Assembly (NCBI GenBank): GCA_951406725.2
Contig: OX597830.1
Coordinates: forward strand, 27,342,001 to 27,406,000
Length of the DNA stretch: 64,000 bases
Origin: Octopus vulgaris
Lineage: Eukaryota
Reading direction: 5' to 3'
In this document: positions 14,750-28,671 of the stretch, piece after piece
Numbering within the stretch: position 1 is the first letter of the stretch
How the letters are laid out: every line of letters begins with the position of its first letter
Made by a program: the position numbers and the translations under genes
Notes under the pieces: model-generated
What the model was told of the DNA's origin: nothing
What the model saw: only the letters and a program-made list of their open reading frames with translations
Databases searched by the model: none

Positions 14750-15172
14750 ACATTTGTTTGATATCATTTATAAGTTTGATATCATTTATAAATTTGATAT
14801 CGCTTATAATCATTTGTTTGATATCGTTTATAAGTTTGATATCATTTATAAGTTTGGTATCGTTTATAATCATTTGTTTGATATCGTTTATGAGTTTGAT
14901 ATCATTTATAACTTTAATATCGTTTATGATAATTTGTTTGATATCGTTTAAGTTTGATATCATTTATAAGTTTGGTATCGTTTATACTCATTTGTTTGAT
15001 ATCGTTTATACTCATTTGTTTGATATCGTTTATGAGTTTGATATCATTTATAAGTTTGGTATCGTTTATAATCATTTGTTTGATATCGTTTATAAGTTTG
15101 ATATCATTTATAAGTTTGGTATCGTTTATAATCATTTGTTTGATATCGTTTATAAGTTTGATATCGTTTATA
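14750..15172. repeat. Minisatellite with 60-bp higher-order unit (18+18+24 bp)
   Basis: Subunits AAGTTTGATATCATTTAT, AAGTTTGGTATCGTTTAT and AATCATTTGTTTGATATCGTTTAT; 60-bp register visible over about 7 units. Confidence 0.95.
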
Positions 15173-15648
15173 AGCACCTTAGAGAGAGTGCCAAACTAAA
15201 GAAGAAACTAAACATGCTATAACTTAGGGTGTCACAAAATGAAAAGGCAAAAATGTTTTCAATGTTTGTGTGATCTGACGTTACTGCAAGAGAGACCTCA
15301 AATCTTTATGTAGTTCAGAGCTACACTATGACCAAAATCTGGTGCTGGTAGCATAGTAGAATCATCTTTGCGTATCTTATACTTCTGTAAACTAAGTAGA
15401 TACAGGATGGAGTATCTGGAGTAGAATATCCAAAATTTCATAAGGTTCAGAAACATTATAGTACCCTTACGAGTGGCAGAATGAAATATCCCTCTCACTC
15501 TTTTTTTTTTTTTTTTATATAAAAAGCTGATTTTTTCTCTTTGAAACTTTGCTACAGTTATATACAAATAGATATTCAATGTGACATTGATTTAACAATA
15601 CAAAAATTACGTGCATTTACATATACATGCACAAGTACACATATAAAA

Positions 15649-15688
<40 letters not shown>

Positions 15689-15690
15689 TC

Positions 15691-15721
<31 letters not shown>

Positions 15722-16340
15722 TATATATATATACATATATAAATAAATATATATGAATATTCATATCTATATACATATATATATGTGTGTACACACACAC
15801 ACACACACACATAAAGGTGTGGTTAACTTCCATGCAAGTAGGAATATAGGAAAGGTAATTTTGAGTTGAAAATGCACCTGTGTCTTAAAACGAATTGTAG
15901 CTCTTTTGGATTTTTTTTTCAATTCACTAAAATAATATACATTAAAATAAAATAAAATAATATATATAAACAAAAAACAGGAATCTGTTTTTTGTTTATA
16001 AATTGTAAATAAAAATTGAACATAAGACGAAAATTTAAAAGAAAGAGCATGCACAAAAAAAAAAAAAGAAAAATTCGTACCAATAAAACATGCTTAAAAA
16101 CCAAATTTTCAAATAGGTTTCACAGCAAAATTACACGATGAAAAAAATCAAGTGTTCAATAACTCCCAGAACAATAGAAAATTATGAAAGTTCAAATGTT
16201 CGATAAATTTTAGCAATAATACACAATAATACGTATCGTGTATTATTTACAATAATACGACAGAAATTTGAAAGTTCAAAAAGTTTTACACGAATGAAAT
16301 ATGTTAGTAATTAGACACCAAGAAATATATATATGTATGC

Positions 16341-16416
<76 letters not shown>

Positions 16417-17080
16417 ATATATATGTATATATATATATGTATATATATATTTGTATATATATATTTGTATATATATATGTATAGTTATATATATATGTGT
16501 ATATATATATATATATCTATGTACATCCATGAGTATCAGAGTTTATGTATCTGTGTGTGTGTGCGCATGCGTTTGCATAGATACACACGCGCGCACGCAT
16601 GCGTCGGAAGAATGCTTTGTAGCATTTCATTTGTTCCAGCTCTTTACATGGTGAGATCAAATTACACTTGAGATCGACTTTGCCTTTCATAATTTCAGGG
16701 TCGATAAAATAAGTAGCAGTTGAGCACTGGATCGATGCTATCGACTTGTCCCCACCCATCAGAATTGCTGGCCTTGTGCCAAAACTAGAATCTTTCTCTT
16801 GTCCCCCTCTCTCTCGCTTTTTTGCCCCCTCACCGTTCTGTTTCTCTATCTGTATAGCACGCTAGTTATATTATGTATATGTGTGGGTAAACGGCAATAG
16901 TGAAGCTACATACACTCATACATGCACAAAGGTAATAAGGCCGTACTGGATACCTTGCGTTATTTCCAGTATTTTTAGCTCTAAGTTCAAATTTCTCCGT
17001 CGATTATATATATATATGCTTTTACTTGTTTCAGTCATTTGAGTGTGGTCATGCTGGGGCACCGCATATATATATATATA

Positions 17081-17316
17081 TCTGTAATATAATATGTGAC
17101 AATTATATTCGGTTGCCATAATATGAACTCCGTGTTTCGGATGTCGGGGCGGAAAACTGCTCGACGAGATGCCGGAGCAGTTTTCCGCCCCGATATCCGA
17201 AACTCGGAGTCTTATCATAGCAGCCGAATAATTATCACTTATTATATTACAGATAAATTCCTCTATTTACATAATATCGAGGTCTCCTTCATTCCTTTGT
17301 TGTCTTACCATTACTA

Positions 17317-17320
<4 letters not shown>
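17081..17320 (+). mobile_element. Family E fold-back element (best copy), Penelope-like terminus with hammerhead-like motif
   Basis: ~80-bp inverted arms (17081-17162 vs about 17175-17253) plus 3' extension; flanked by (TA)n; GACGA-GATGCCGG...CCGATATCC-GAAACTCGGAGTC. Confidence 0.65.
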
Positions 17321-17362
<42 letters not shown>

Positions 17363-17994
17363 GATACATATATATATCTTAAAAGGATGCCTTATAATAC
17401 TATTCCACATCCATACCAACAATCCACCATATACAATTAATACATATCCGTTAATCAAATTACCTTAATCCGATAATCCAATATAAATCACACATGCCAG
17501 AGACCTGTCAACGAAGAATTAAGTGTGTGTATAAAAAGAAAGTTTAAATTATAAACAGAGCTATCGGTTCTTGCTTAGAATGAAAGTATCGGCTACTTTG
17601 GGTTAACGAGGCGCTATATGTCGAAACACAGGTATCGTGGAATCCCTTGCACCAACGAATCAAGTGTGTAATGAACACGCAGTCGTCGTAAAGGAGAAGC
17701 TGTTCTTCAGTGACGCACACATCAGCGAGTAACATATTTGAGTTTGAACTTGGAACGTTTTAAGAATAAATATGCCAGTCCTCATTTCAGATCTCGATGT
17801 TCGCAGTGCAAATAACGATCTGTTACAAACGTATATTTCATTCTGTATATCTTAGTTAAGGTGGATATACTATAGAAAGACCCCCTCCCTCCTCCAAATC
17901 CCTACAATATTCGTCATGAGAGAGCTACTCGAGTAGGGCTGAAAATCGCAGAAGTGTACCAGTTGTAGAGAAAAAGTGTCCTTCGGCAGATTTG

Positions 17995-18118
17995 AATTGG
18001 TCGACTTTGCCTTTCATCTTTTCGGGGTCGATAAATTAAGTACCAGTTGATTTCTGGGGTTGATGTAATCAACTACCCCCTCACCCAAATTACAAGCCTT
18101 GGGCCTATAGTGGAAAGG

Positions 18119-18170
<52 letters not shown>

Positions 18171-18528
18171 AGGCGGTGAGCTGGCAGAATCGTAAGTACG
18201 CCGGGCAAAATACTTAGCAACATTTCGTCCGTTTAAATTCCGCCGATGTTGACTTTGCCGTTCACCTTTTCGGTTTCGATAAATTAAGTACCAGTGAAAT
18301 ACTGGTGTCGATGTAATCCACTTCTCCTTTTCTCTTAAATTTCAGGCCTTGTGCTTATTGTAAAAAGAAATGTTAATTCGCCCGTCGCTACGTTCTAAGT
18401 TAAAATTCCCTCGAGGTCGACTTAGCCTTATATCCTTTCGAGATCGATAAATTAAGTACCAGTGAAACACTGGGGTCGATGCAATTAATTCAACCCCCTC
18501 CAACAGCTGCCCTTGCGGTAAAAATTTG

Positions 18529-18530
<2 letters not shown>
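17995..18530 (+). mobile_element. Cluster of three family D SINE copies with trinucleotide tracts
   Basis: Copies at about 17995-18118, 18171-18370 and 18378-18530; (CTA)n between the first two, (CAT)n(ATT)n(AGT)n after the third. Confidence 0.8.
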
Positions 18531-18568
<38 letters not shown>

Positions 18569-18620
18569 TATTATTATTATTATTAGTAGTAGTAGTAGTA
18601 GTATTAGTAGTAGTAGTAGC

Positions 18621-18657
<37 letters not shown>

Positions 18658-19260
18658 ATAGTAGTAGTTGTAGCAAAAGTAGTAGTAATAGTAGTAATGG
18701 TATAGTAGTAGTTGTAGTTGTAGTGGCAGCAGCGGTAGTCATAGTAGTAGTAGTAGTGGTAGCAATAACATTTCCTCCGTCTCCACGCACCTTTAATCAG
18801 ATTCCTATTTACTTACAAATGAGATAATTATGATTGTTTATTGGGTTTATTTTTTTATATTTTATTTTTGTTTTCATTTCATGTGTATACGTACGTGAAT
18901 ATGTGTGTGTGTGTGTGTATGTGTGTTTGTGTGAATGCGTAAGAGGAGGAAACAATTATTGTCCGTTTATTCTAGCAATCTTTGCCTACACGCACATACA
19001 CGCACGCGCATACTATTATATCCACATACTAACACACACACGAGCACACACTATTTCACAAATACATTCACACAAGCTAAGGCTTGTATCTTGGAATTTT
19101 GTAGATGGAAAATTCAGAACCCTGTTGCGAGATTAAAATACGGCCACGCACACACACAGAGGCACATACACTCACAGATTGATAGATATAAAAGGGGTTA
19201 TAATCCCAGCTGTGTCCTCATGAATCTCTTCTGCGAATACTGGCTATCAATTGTATGTAT

Positions 19261-19618
19261 TTACTCTTTTACTCTTTTACTTGTTTCAGTCATTTGACTG
19301 TGGCCATGCTGGAGCACCGCCTTTAGTCGAGCAAATCGATCCCAGGACGTATTCTTTAGAAGCCTAGTACTTATTCTATCGGCTTCTTTTGCCGAACCAC
19401 TGAGTTACGGGGACGTAAGCACACCAGCATCGGTTGTCAAGCGATGCTGGTTTGTTTACGTCCCCATCATTTAGCGGTTCTGCAAGAGAAACCGATGGAA
19501 TAAGTACTAGGCTTACAAAGAATAAATCCTAAGGTCGATTTGCTCGACTAAAGGCAGTGCTCCAGCATGGCCACAGTCAAATGACTGAAACAAGTAAAAG
19601 ATTAAATGAGTAAAAGAG
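19261..19618. repeat. Long inverted repeat made of two family C SINE 3' halves
   Basis: ~170-bp arms meeting at CCAGCATCG-gttgtcaag-CGATGCTGG (19424-19450). Confidence 0.92.
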
Positions 19619-19619
19619 C

Positions 19620-20030
19620 AAAAAAGAGCGGCGTTGTTCTTATTTATCTTAGGACAGTCTTTTACATAGAAGTAACAACATCGCTCCAAACTAACCTAGC
19701 TGAAGAGAAGAACTGCGTCAGGTTATACGAAAACGATTTCAAAAAGCATTATGCAAAACCACCCATCTCGTTTCCAGAACATCTTCAAAAGTAATGCCAC
19801 TAATTTAACTAGGCACGTACGGGGTTTGAGATCAACTGCACACCACACACAATCAAGAAGAGAATCTTGAAGAAATCCAAGCCATATGTTAATGGTTCTA
19901 AGAAATGCAACTTATATGTAGCAGGAAGATAGCACATTTCTTTCAGATCCAAGAATTCCACCACACTGTTTAATACCAGATCTGAAATTTTTAGCGGGTG
20001 CAAATACATGGACTAATTTCTTTTGTGAAA
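19620..20030 (+). pseudogene. Penelope-like (Naiad-type) GIY-YIG endonuclease remnant
   Basis: EEKNCVRLYENDFKKHY...ILKKSKPYVNGSKKCNLYVAG...LFNTRSEIFSGCKY resembles the C.LC..EK...LN.RSE...C.H C-terminus. Confidence 0.65.
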
Positions 20031-20805
20031 CTAGAAGACACGACTCTCTCCAAATTGAGTAGCTATCTCGCAGAATTTGATCACCTCTCTACTATATTTT
20101 TATGGACGAGTTACATTAATTATGGTTTCTGCAATCGAAAAGGATGAAGATTTTGGGTTTTTCTTACTTTTCTTCTCGTTCCACTTTTCACATCAACCTC
20201 CTTCGCCTTTTATTCTCATTTTTCTTCCTCTAATTTTCTCACAGTCCGGTGTCCTGGCCTTTAGATATATCTAAAGTATGAGCAAATCCCGGAAGAGTGC
20301 GTAGAGATACATGATATGTTTTATAAATTTGCCAATTCAAAGTGTCTTGGTAAGCATGAAACTATTAGTAGCTCTTTCGTAGTTGCGTATTAAATTGATA
20401 TATGTGTGTGTGTATGTGTGTAATTGCGGGTGTGTGTTTGTGTGTTTGTGTGTGTGTTTGCGTGTGTTTGTGGGTGTGTGCGCGTGTGCATGTGTGTGTA
20501 TGTATGTGTATTTGTGTGTGTTTGTGAGTGTATGTGCGTGCATATGTGTGTTTGTGTATGTGTGTGTGTTTGTGTGTGTTTGTGTGTGTGTGTGTGTGTG
20601 CTTGCGTGTGTGTGTTTGAGTGTGTGTTTGTGTGTGTATGTGTGTGTTTGTGGGTGTGTCTATGTATGTGTGTGTCTTTGTGTGTGTTTGTGGGCGTGTG
20701 TGCTCGTATGTGTGTGTGTGTGTGTGTGTGGGTGCTTATGTGTGTGTGTTTGTGTGTGTTTGTTTGTGTGTATGTGTATGTGTGTGTATCTGTGTACGTA
20801 TCTGT

Positions 20806-20935
20806 GTACAAGGTGGGGTGCTGAAAAGTTCTTGGCTTTGGGCAAAAGAAAATTCAGGACGATCAGTTACTTACGATTTTATTCAACATATTCCCCTCTA
20901 AGATTTCCACATTTATTCCAGCCGTCCTTCGGTTG
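20806..20935 (-). mobile_element. mariner-type terminal fragment
   Basis: TIR TACAAGGTGGGGTGCTGAAAAGTTCTTGGCTT shared with the MITE at 61334; adjacent sequence resembles a transposase C-terminus. Confidence 0.65.
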
Positions 20936-21167
20936 ACTTGCTTTAATCGTAGGAAGCCTTAAGGTATGAAAAAAGAATCGAGTTCAACGGCACACGATGA
21001 TAACACTCTACACACTTTTAACGCAAGTCTGAACTTAGCCTTTTCGCACGATAACAAAAACGGTCACACACGCACTCACACACGAACATATCTGGAAGGT
21101 ACAGCCACCTAAACGCATGCGCACAAATGCACACACATATCATACACAGACACACACTCCCTCTCAC

Positions 21168-21201
<34 letters not shown>

Positions 21202-21206
21202 ACATA

Positions 21207-21434
21207 TACTCTTTTTACTCTTTTACTTGTTTCAGTCGTTTGACTGTGGCCATGCTGGAGCACCGCCTTTAATCGAGCAAATGGACGCCAGGACTTATTC
21301 TTTGTAAGCCTAGTACTTATTCTATCGGTCTCCTTTTGCCGAACCGCTAAGTTACGGGGACGTAAACACACCAGCATCGGTTGTCAAGCGATGTTGGGGG
21401 GGGGGGACAAATATATACATACACACAAATATAT

Positions 21435-21465
<31 letters not shown>

Positions 21466-21645
21466 ATATATATACACACATATATACGACGTGCTTCTTT
21501 CAGTTTCCGTCAACCAAATCCATTCACAAGGCTTTGGTTGGTCCGAGACTATAATAGAAGACACTTAACCAAGGTGCCACGCAGTGGAACTGAACCCGGA
21601 ACCATGTGGTTGGTAAGCAAACTTCTTACCACACTGCCATTCCTG
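21207..21645 (-). mobile_element. Full-length family C SINE
   Basis: Both halves and the internal CA/TA microsatellite; (GAGTAAAA)n tail. Confidence 0.9.
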
Positions 21646-21914
21646 AATGTATTTATTCATATATGTGTATATGAAAATGTAGAGGTTTGTCAGTAAAAAC
21701 AGGAAACATAGAACATAAAACATGCGTATGTATTATATTTTCGTTTGATTGGCAAGAGTTACAAAGTGACTCAAAGGCTGAAAGTTTCGTGCATAGTACT
21801 TATCAAGGGGCAAACACGAAACTCCTAGCACTTGAGTCATTCTGTATTTCTTCCAATTAAAAAATATAGAAATATGTACATGCTTCTTCCTCTATCCACA
21901 TATGAAGAAAATCC

Positions 21915-21945
<31 letters not shown>

Positions 21946-22006
21946 AGACACACAGAAACAAACAAATGCATACGCATATATATAAAAGTGTAAGCCTACT
22001 CATATG

Positions 22007-22040
<34 letters not shown>

Positions 22041-22216
22041 TGTATGTATGTATGTATGTATGTATGTATTTATGTATGTATGTATGCATGCATGTATGTA
22101 TGTATGTATGTATGTAAGTATGTATGTATGTGTCTGGCGGTCTGTCTATCTCTCTGTCTATCAATCCATATATCTAGTAATCTACATATATACACACATA
22201 CATATATATATATGCA

Positions 22217-22247
<31 letters not shown>

Positions 22248-23169
22248 GCATATATATATACATATATATATATGTATATATATACATATATATATACATA
22301 TATATATATATGTATGTGTGTGTGTATGTGTGTGTGTATATATATATACATATATATAAACATACATATATATATACACATATATATATACACACACACA
22401 TATATATACATGTATATAATATATATATATATATGAATATGTATATATATATATGTACATATATACACACACACATACATATAATGTTTAGTTGTACTTT
22501 GATATCTTATTTGTTTGCCAGAGGTCACTGTTCATTTTCAGAATCGTGCGCGTGCCGATGATTTTACAATACGCACATACACGTGTACTCATACCAGGCG
22601 TCAATTCGAGCGTGAATATTAGGCATGGAAAAATACATCCAACCACTCACGTGTGTACTCGGGCACACATATCTAATGCGTTTGTATTTTGGGTGTGTGT
22701 GGGTGTTTGGATATACATGCACATATAAATACATACATACATACATACCATACATACACACATACACACAGGCATGCATGCATACATACATACATACCAT
22801 ACATACATACATACAGGCATGCATGCATACATACATATATACCACTATACATAAGTTTATATGAGTGTATATATATATGTATATATATATGAATATATAT
22901 GTGTTATATATATATATATTCTTCTTATCGTTAATATTATTTGTAGTATTGATTATCGGAGTATAAACCCATGTATTTATTTTGCTCCCAGGATAAACCC
23001 TATTTATAGTTTTACCAATATGAACTTTTTTCTCAGAGTACTTGCTAAAAACGAATATAATACTCAAAGGAAAGCCTGTCTCCGATACCCGAGTGTAATC
23101 TATTAAAAAAAAAAATGGTTGGTTTTACAGATTTTTCTCATTTATTTACATGCACGACATTTTCATTTT

Positions 23170-24900
23170 CAAAATGACCGCCTAGGATGTAGTACACAGC
23201 AAAACAATGCAACCGCTAACGAAGAGAAAATAGCAACAGAAGAACATGAAAAATTAAAGATAAGAAAATGAACCAAAAGGAAAATAACGGAATATTCAAA
23301 TGGATAGTTAATACATAAAAATGTTTCAAATAGTCTAACAGGAAATTTTGAAGACAGTGATATTAACAATGCAACAACAACCACAACAGCTGCAACAATA
23401 ACAACAACAGTGGCAACATTTGCCCTTTAAATCGCTCATATAGTATCTATGTTAACAAACAAGAAAGAACTTTTAGATATAGTTCAGTTCCAAGAAAAGT
23501 TGCGGCGAAACTTTTCTTAGACAAAACAGTAATTGTTTTTGCCACGGGAGCCAATCCAAAAGGAAGCAACGAGAAAAAATTACATTATCTGTTTTAGCAA
23601 AATGGCACTGGACTTCAATTCTCCTAAACCACTACAGAATTACAACAGGTACTTCAAAATATCTCTGGAGAAATTATTTCATCCGAAAAATGGATTTACG
23701 ACACATTCAAAACTGAAGCTCCAGTTAAAACATAGCCAGAAATTGTTAGACATACCTCCATTTGTACTCTTATACATGAGGCATGGAAATATAAGGGTGA
23801 CGCTAAGAGACATCAGATACGATGTAGATCCGTGATTAGCCATCGCTTTTGAATGGAAGGTGATTAAAGTAGGGCCAATGAGAAGTGATGTGATCGGTAT
23901 GCATTAAAGGGGATAATGGCACTCGAAGGCTACAAACCCATACTGGGATTGTGTCAGTTGAATTAGTCGAGGAGAAGGGCAAAAGATTGATAATACAATG
24001 CAAAAGCCTAGTTACTATGTTTGTTGTAGTAACAATAATCTCAGAGATTCTAAAAAGACGGGATAAGAAAACTAGAAACGAAAATAAAAAAAAGACCAAC
24101 TAATACAGCAAAAAACAAAGAAAGAAAATCTCAGTTTCAAGAGTTGTTGTTTGTTACTGCTCGAGCCATCTCTGGCTCATAAGGGCCGGTTTCCCGGTTT
24201 CCTTGGCGTATAGGTTCCCCACCTGGTTTGGACGCCCATCCACCATAAGTGAGCTGCAAGTTGCAGGAGGAAAGAGTGAGAGAAAGTTGTGGCGAAAGAG
24301 TCAGCAGAAGTTCGCCATTACCTTCTGCCGGAGCCGCATGGAGCTTAGGTGTTTCGCTCATAAACACACACATTGCCCGGTCTGAGATTGGAACCCGCGA
24401 TCCCTCGACCACGAGTCTGCTGCTCTAACCACCAGACCATGTGCCTCCACAAGTTTCAAGAGTAGCATCAGCCAAATCTTTGGGGGAATGGTCAAAGAAA
24501 CAGCTCACTATTAAATGCAAACGATTAAATACACCCTCCTCTAACAGTGGCAACCAATAGCACCATTCCGTCGGTATGTGACAGGAGTAGACAGTGGTTG
24601 ATGAGGAAATTGCACGAATTGTTGAAAGGAACACTGAAAGGCAAAAAAGAAAAATAAGAATTCAATACGAAGCAAACTCTGCAAAACAATAACGATAGGC
24701 AAAATAGCTACGATTTATCGTCCTTAGTAAATTAGACAACTAATCTAAACTAGTGCAGTAGTAACTCTTGTATAGTTAGGTTAAGGATATAGGTAACATA
24801 CGAAAGAAATGTTGTTTGGAAAAAAAACTCCAAACAAACACACTATGATGATTCAAAGCAATATTGCTCTGAAGTCAACCGAATAAAAAATAGTAACGGG
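23170..24900 (+). pseudogene. Decayed A-rich LINE remnant (possibly L1/Tx1 ORF1), tentative
   Basis: Strong A skew, broken frames, KPSYYVCCSNNNL knuckle-like relic near 24005-24045; interrupted by a SINE. Confidence 0.3.
24145..24451 (-). mobile_element. SINE head A + tail 3, with 12-bp TSD
   Basis: TSD AGTTTCAAGAGT at 24133-24144 and 24452-24463; tail homologous to 58530-58630. Confidence 0.9.
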
Positions 24901-25094
24901 CAATTTTTGCGTACAGGTGTACTAATATATATGCATACGCACATATATATATATGTGAGTGCTTGTGAGTACTAATGTATAGTATTATTTTTTTTTACAT
25001 ATTAAGGCATGCACCTTAAGATACATTCTATCACATATAGTTGCAAATATGCTTACATGAATTGTAATAGGCACCTTTAGGCATTTATCTTGTG

Positions 25095-25127
<33 letters not shown>

Positions 25128-25164
25128 GCATACATATATATATATTTGTATACATATATCTAAA

Positions 25165-25198
<34 letters not shown>

Positions 25199-25211
25199 AT
25201 ATCTATCTATA

Positions 25212-25311
25212 NNNNNNNNNNNNNNNNNNNNNNNNNNNNNNNNNNNNNNNNNNNNNNNNNNNNNNNNNNNNNNNNNNNNNNNNNNNNNNNNNNNNNNNNN
25301 NNNNNNNNNNN
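25212..25311. other. Assembly gap (100 N)
   Basis: Run of 100 N between microsatellites; true size unknown. Confidence 0.99.
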
Positions 25312-25367
<56 letters not shown>

Positions 25368-25894
25368 TGAGCGTATGCATACGTATATTTATACATGCTC
25401 ATAAATGTATATAAATATCATTATAAAGTATATATTTATAATGTAAAATTTATACTTACACGTTAAGATCCATAAATTAATTAACAGCACATACAAGGTA
25501 ACATACAACCGCATAAAAAACGCATAAAAATCGCATACACATATGTACTAACATACTTATATAAATATATTCATCTATACACACAGACATACATGCATAA
25601 ATGTTAAATGCATGCATATACTTATAAATACATACACATGTATATACATATAATGATATATAAAGTGTATACATAATTACACATTGATATATATATATAA
25701 ATATAATTATTATTTGAGGGAATATATATATAAATATATATATATATATATGTTCATATATAATATGCACTCATGTACAAACATAAACATGCGTATACAC
25801 ATGCCACATGCGTGCGTACATAAATATAAACATATGTATGCATGTATGTGTATATATATATATAGTTATAATTATATATATGTATGTATATATT

Positions 25895-25950
<56 letters not shown>

Positions 25951-26236
25951 TATATATATATATTATATTATATATATATATATACATACAATTGTACAGC
26001 CATACTCAAGTATACATAAATACATCTATTTACTGGTGCATGCATCTAAAATATAGACTGGCAAAGTTCATTAAAATCAATTCAGTCCCCTTTTTGCTTC
26101 CGTAGTATAAGAATTATCAATTTATTATTCATTTCAGACCTCCGACATTACAGCAGACCAAAATTGGATATCAATGCTTTCTAACTTTCCCCTTTAATAA
26201 ACTTGATAATACTGAACAGATGAGTGGACAGATTGA

Positions 26237-26281
<45 letters not shown>

Positions 26282-26438
26282 TTGTGTGTGTGTATACACA
26301 CACATATGGTTAGATCAACATGGATGTATAAGCTTATTCATATGACTATAATGATTACACTGATAATGAAAATGGTAATAATGATGACGATAATGAAGAT
26401 AATAATGATTATAATTATGAATATGTGTGTATATGTAT

Positions 26439-26481
<43 letters not shown>

Positions 26482-27016
26482 TATATATATGTATATAGAC
26501 ATATATATATAATATATTAATATATACATATAAATATATATATGCAAATATACATATATACATACATACATATATACATATGTATATGCGATGATGATGA
26601 TGATGATATTTATGATGATGATGGTGTTGATGATGATGACGATGATTATGGTGGTGGAGATAGATGGTAAGAACCAGGTAAGAAATTTTGAAACTGCTAT
26701 ATTTAAGAGGTATCTGAAGAATAAGTGTGTGTGTGTGTGTGTGTGTGTGTCTGTGGTGGTGGAGGTGGTGGTGGTGGAGAAATAGAAATAAATATGCATA
26801 TAAGATAACGAGAAGAAATCTAAAAAGGGAAGAATGAAAGAAAGAAAGAAAGAAAGAAAGAAAGGAAGAAAAGAAGATCGTAGAAGACTCTGAAGCGGAA
26901 CGTTTATCCATTTATATAATTGGAAGGAACGAAAGACACAAAATAATAATGAAACTTTCAATGAAGAATATATATATATATATGTGTATATATATATGTG
27001 TATATATATGTGTATA

Positions 27017-27051
<35 letters not shown>

Positions 27052-27141
27052 GCATTTATATATACACACACACACACACGCATATATATATGTATATATA
27101 TATATATATAAGTATGTATATATATCTATATACATACATAT

Positions 27142-27195
<54 letters not shown>

Positions 27196-27291
27196 TGTGT
27201 GTGTGAGGATGTTGTACACAGAGACATCTTCATATACTTATACAAACATAAATACATATACAAACACATGTATCTATATGTTTATATATAT

Positions 27292-27368
<77 letters not shown>

Positions 27369-27656
27369 GATATATAGATATTCATGTGCACACATACACT
27401 TTATATGTACGAATGTAGTTACCGACAGCAATAATTCTGTCTGTCTGCCTGTTTGCCTGCCTGCCTGCCTGTCTGTCTGTCTCTCTGTCTATCTATCAAT
27501 ATCTACATTCATTTATTTACCAATGAAGATGCACACACATATACACACAATTGCAATTACTCCATAGTCTGTTATTCATTATGATTTCTTAGTAGTTAGT
27601 AAAGACTATTACCACGCATCTCAGTAAACATTATACCTTCAACCAGAATGCAGATT

Positions 27657-27694
<38 letters not shown>

Positions 27695-27825
27695 CCTCTC
27701 TCTCTGTCTTACGCTTCTAGTGTATCTACTTTCATTCTCCCCCCTCTTACTATGTATGTGTCTTTCCTCTCTCCCGTTTACGACTTCACACGCACATACA
27801 TACACACAATGTCGGTCTGTTTTTC

Positions 27826-27872
<47 letters not shown>

Positions 27873-27898
27873 AGATATAGAAATAGAAATATATATAA

Positions 27899-28290
27899 GC
27901 ACAGTCACTGCTGTGTGGTAAGTAGCTTGCTTCCCAACCACATGTTTCCGGGTTCAGTCCCACTGTGTGGCACTTTGGGCAAGTGTCTTCTACTATAGCC
28001 TCAGGCTGCCACAGCCTTGTGAGTGGATTTGGTAGTCGGAAACTGTAAGAAGCCCGTCGTATATAAATGTATATATATATATTTGTGTATCTGTGTTTTA
28101 CCCCCACTATCGCTTGACAACCGCTGTTGGTGAGTTTACCTCCCCGTAACTTAGTGGTTCGGCAAAAGAAACCGATAGAATAATTACTAGGCTTACAAAA
28201 ATTAGTCCTGGCGTCGATTTGTTCGGCTGAAGACGGTGCTCCAGCATAGCCACTGCCAAACTAAGGAAACAAGTAAAAGAATAAAAGAAT
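27899..28290 (+). mobile_element. Full-length family C SINE
   Basis: Head, CORE-like segment, short internal TA tract, 3' half. Confidence 0.88.
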
Positions 28291-28309
28291 ATATATATGT
28301 GTGTGTGTG

Positions 28310-28402
<93 letters not shown>

Positions 28403-28535
28403 GTATGTATGTATGTATACATAACGAAGGTGGCTAAAAGCAATATAAAACGAAAAAGGAAGAATCTGATTGTCACTAATTGTGACTGGCGGTGCAAGGT
28501 AGCACTTACATTGCTAGAAATAAGAGGTAAAAACC

Positions 28536-28585
<50 letters not shown>

Positions 28586-28633
28586 CTATCTTACTCGTAT
28601 AATTTTTATTTACTGTCTTCACTTTTTCTTTCT

Positions 28634-28671
<38 letters not shown>

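Noticed and set aside
14706-15222. Repeat-protein ORFs or CRISPR-like array
   Set aside because: No unique spacers; open in several frames on both strands simply because unit lengths are multiples of 3
26315-27219. His-rich and Ile-rich long ORFs
   Set aside because: Derived from (GAT)n and (TA)n tracts
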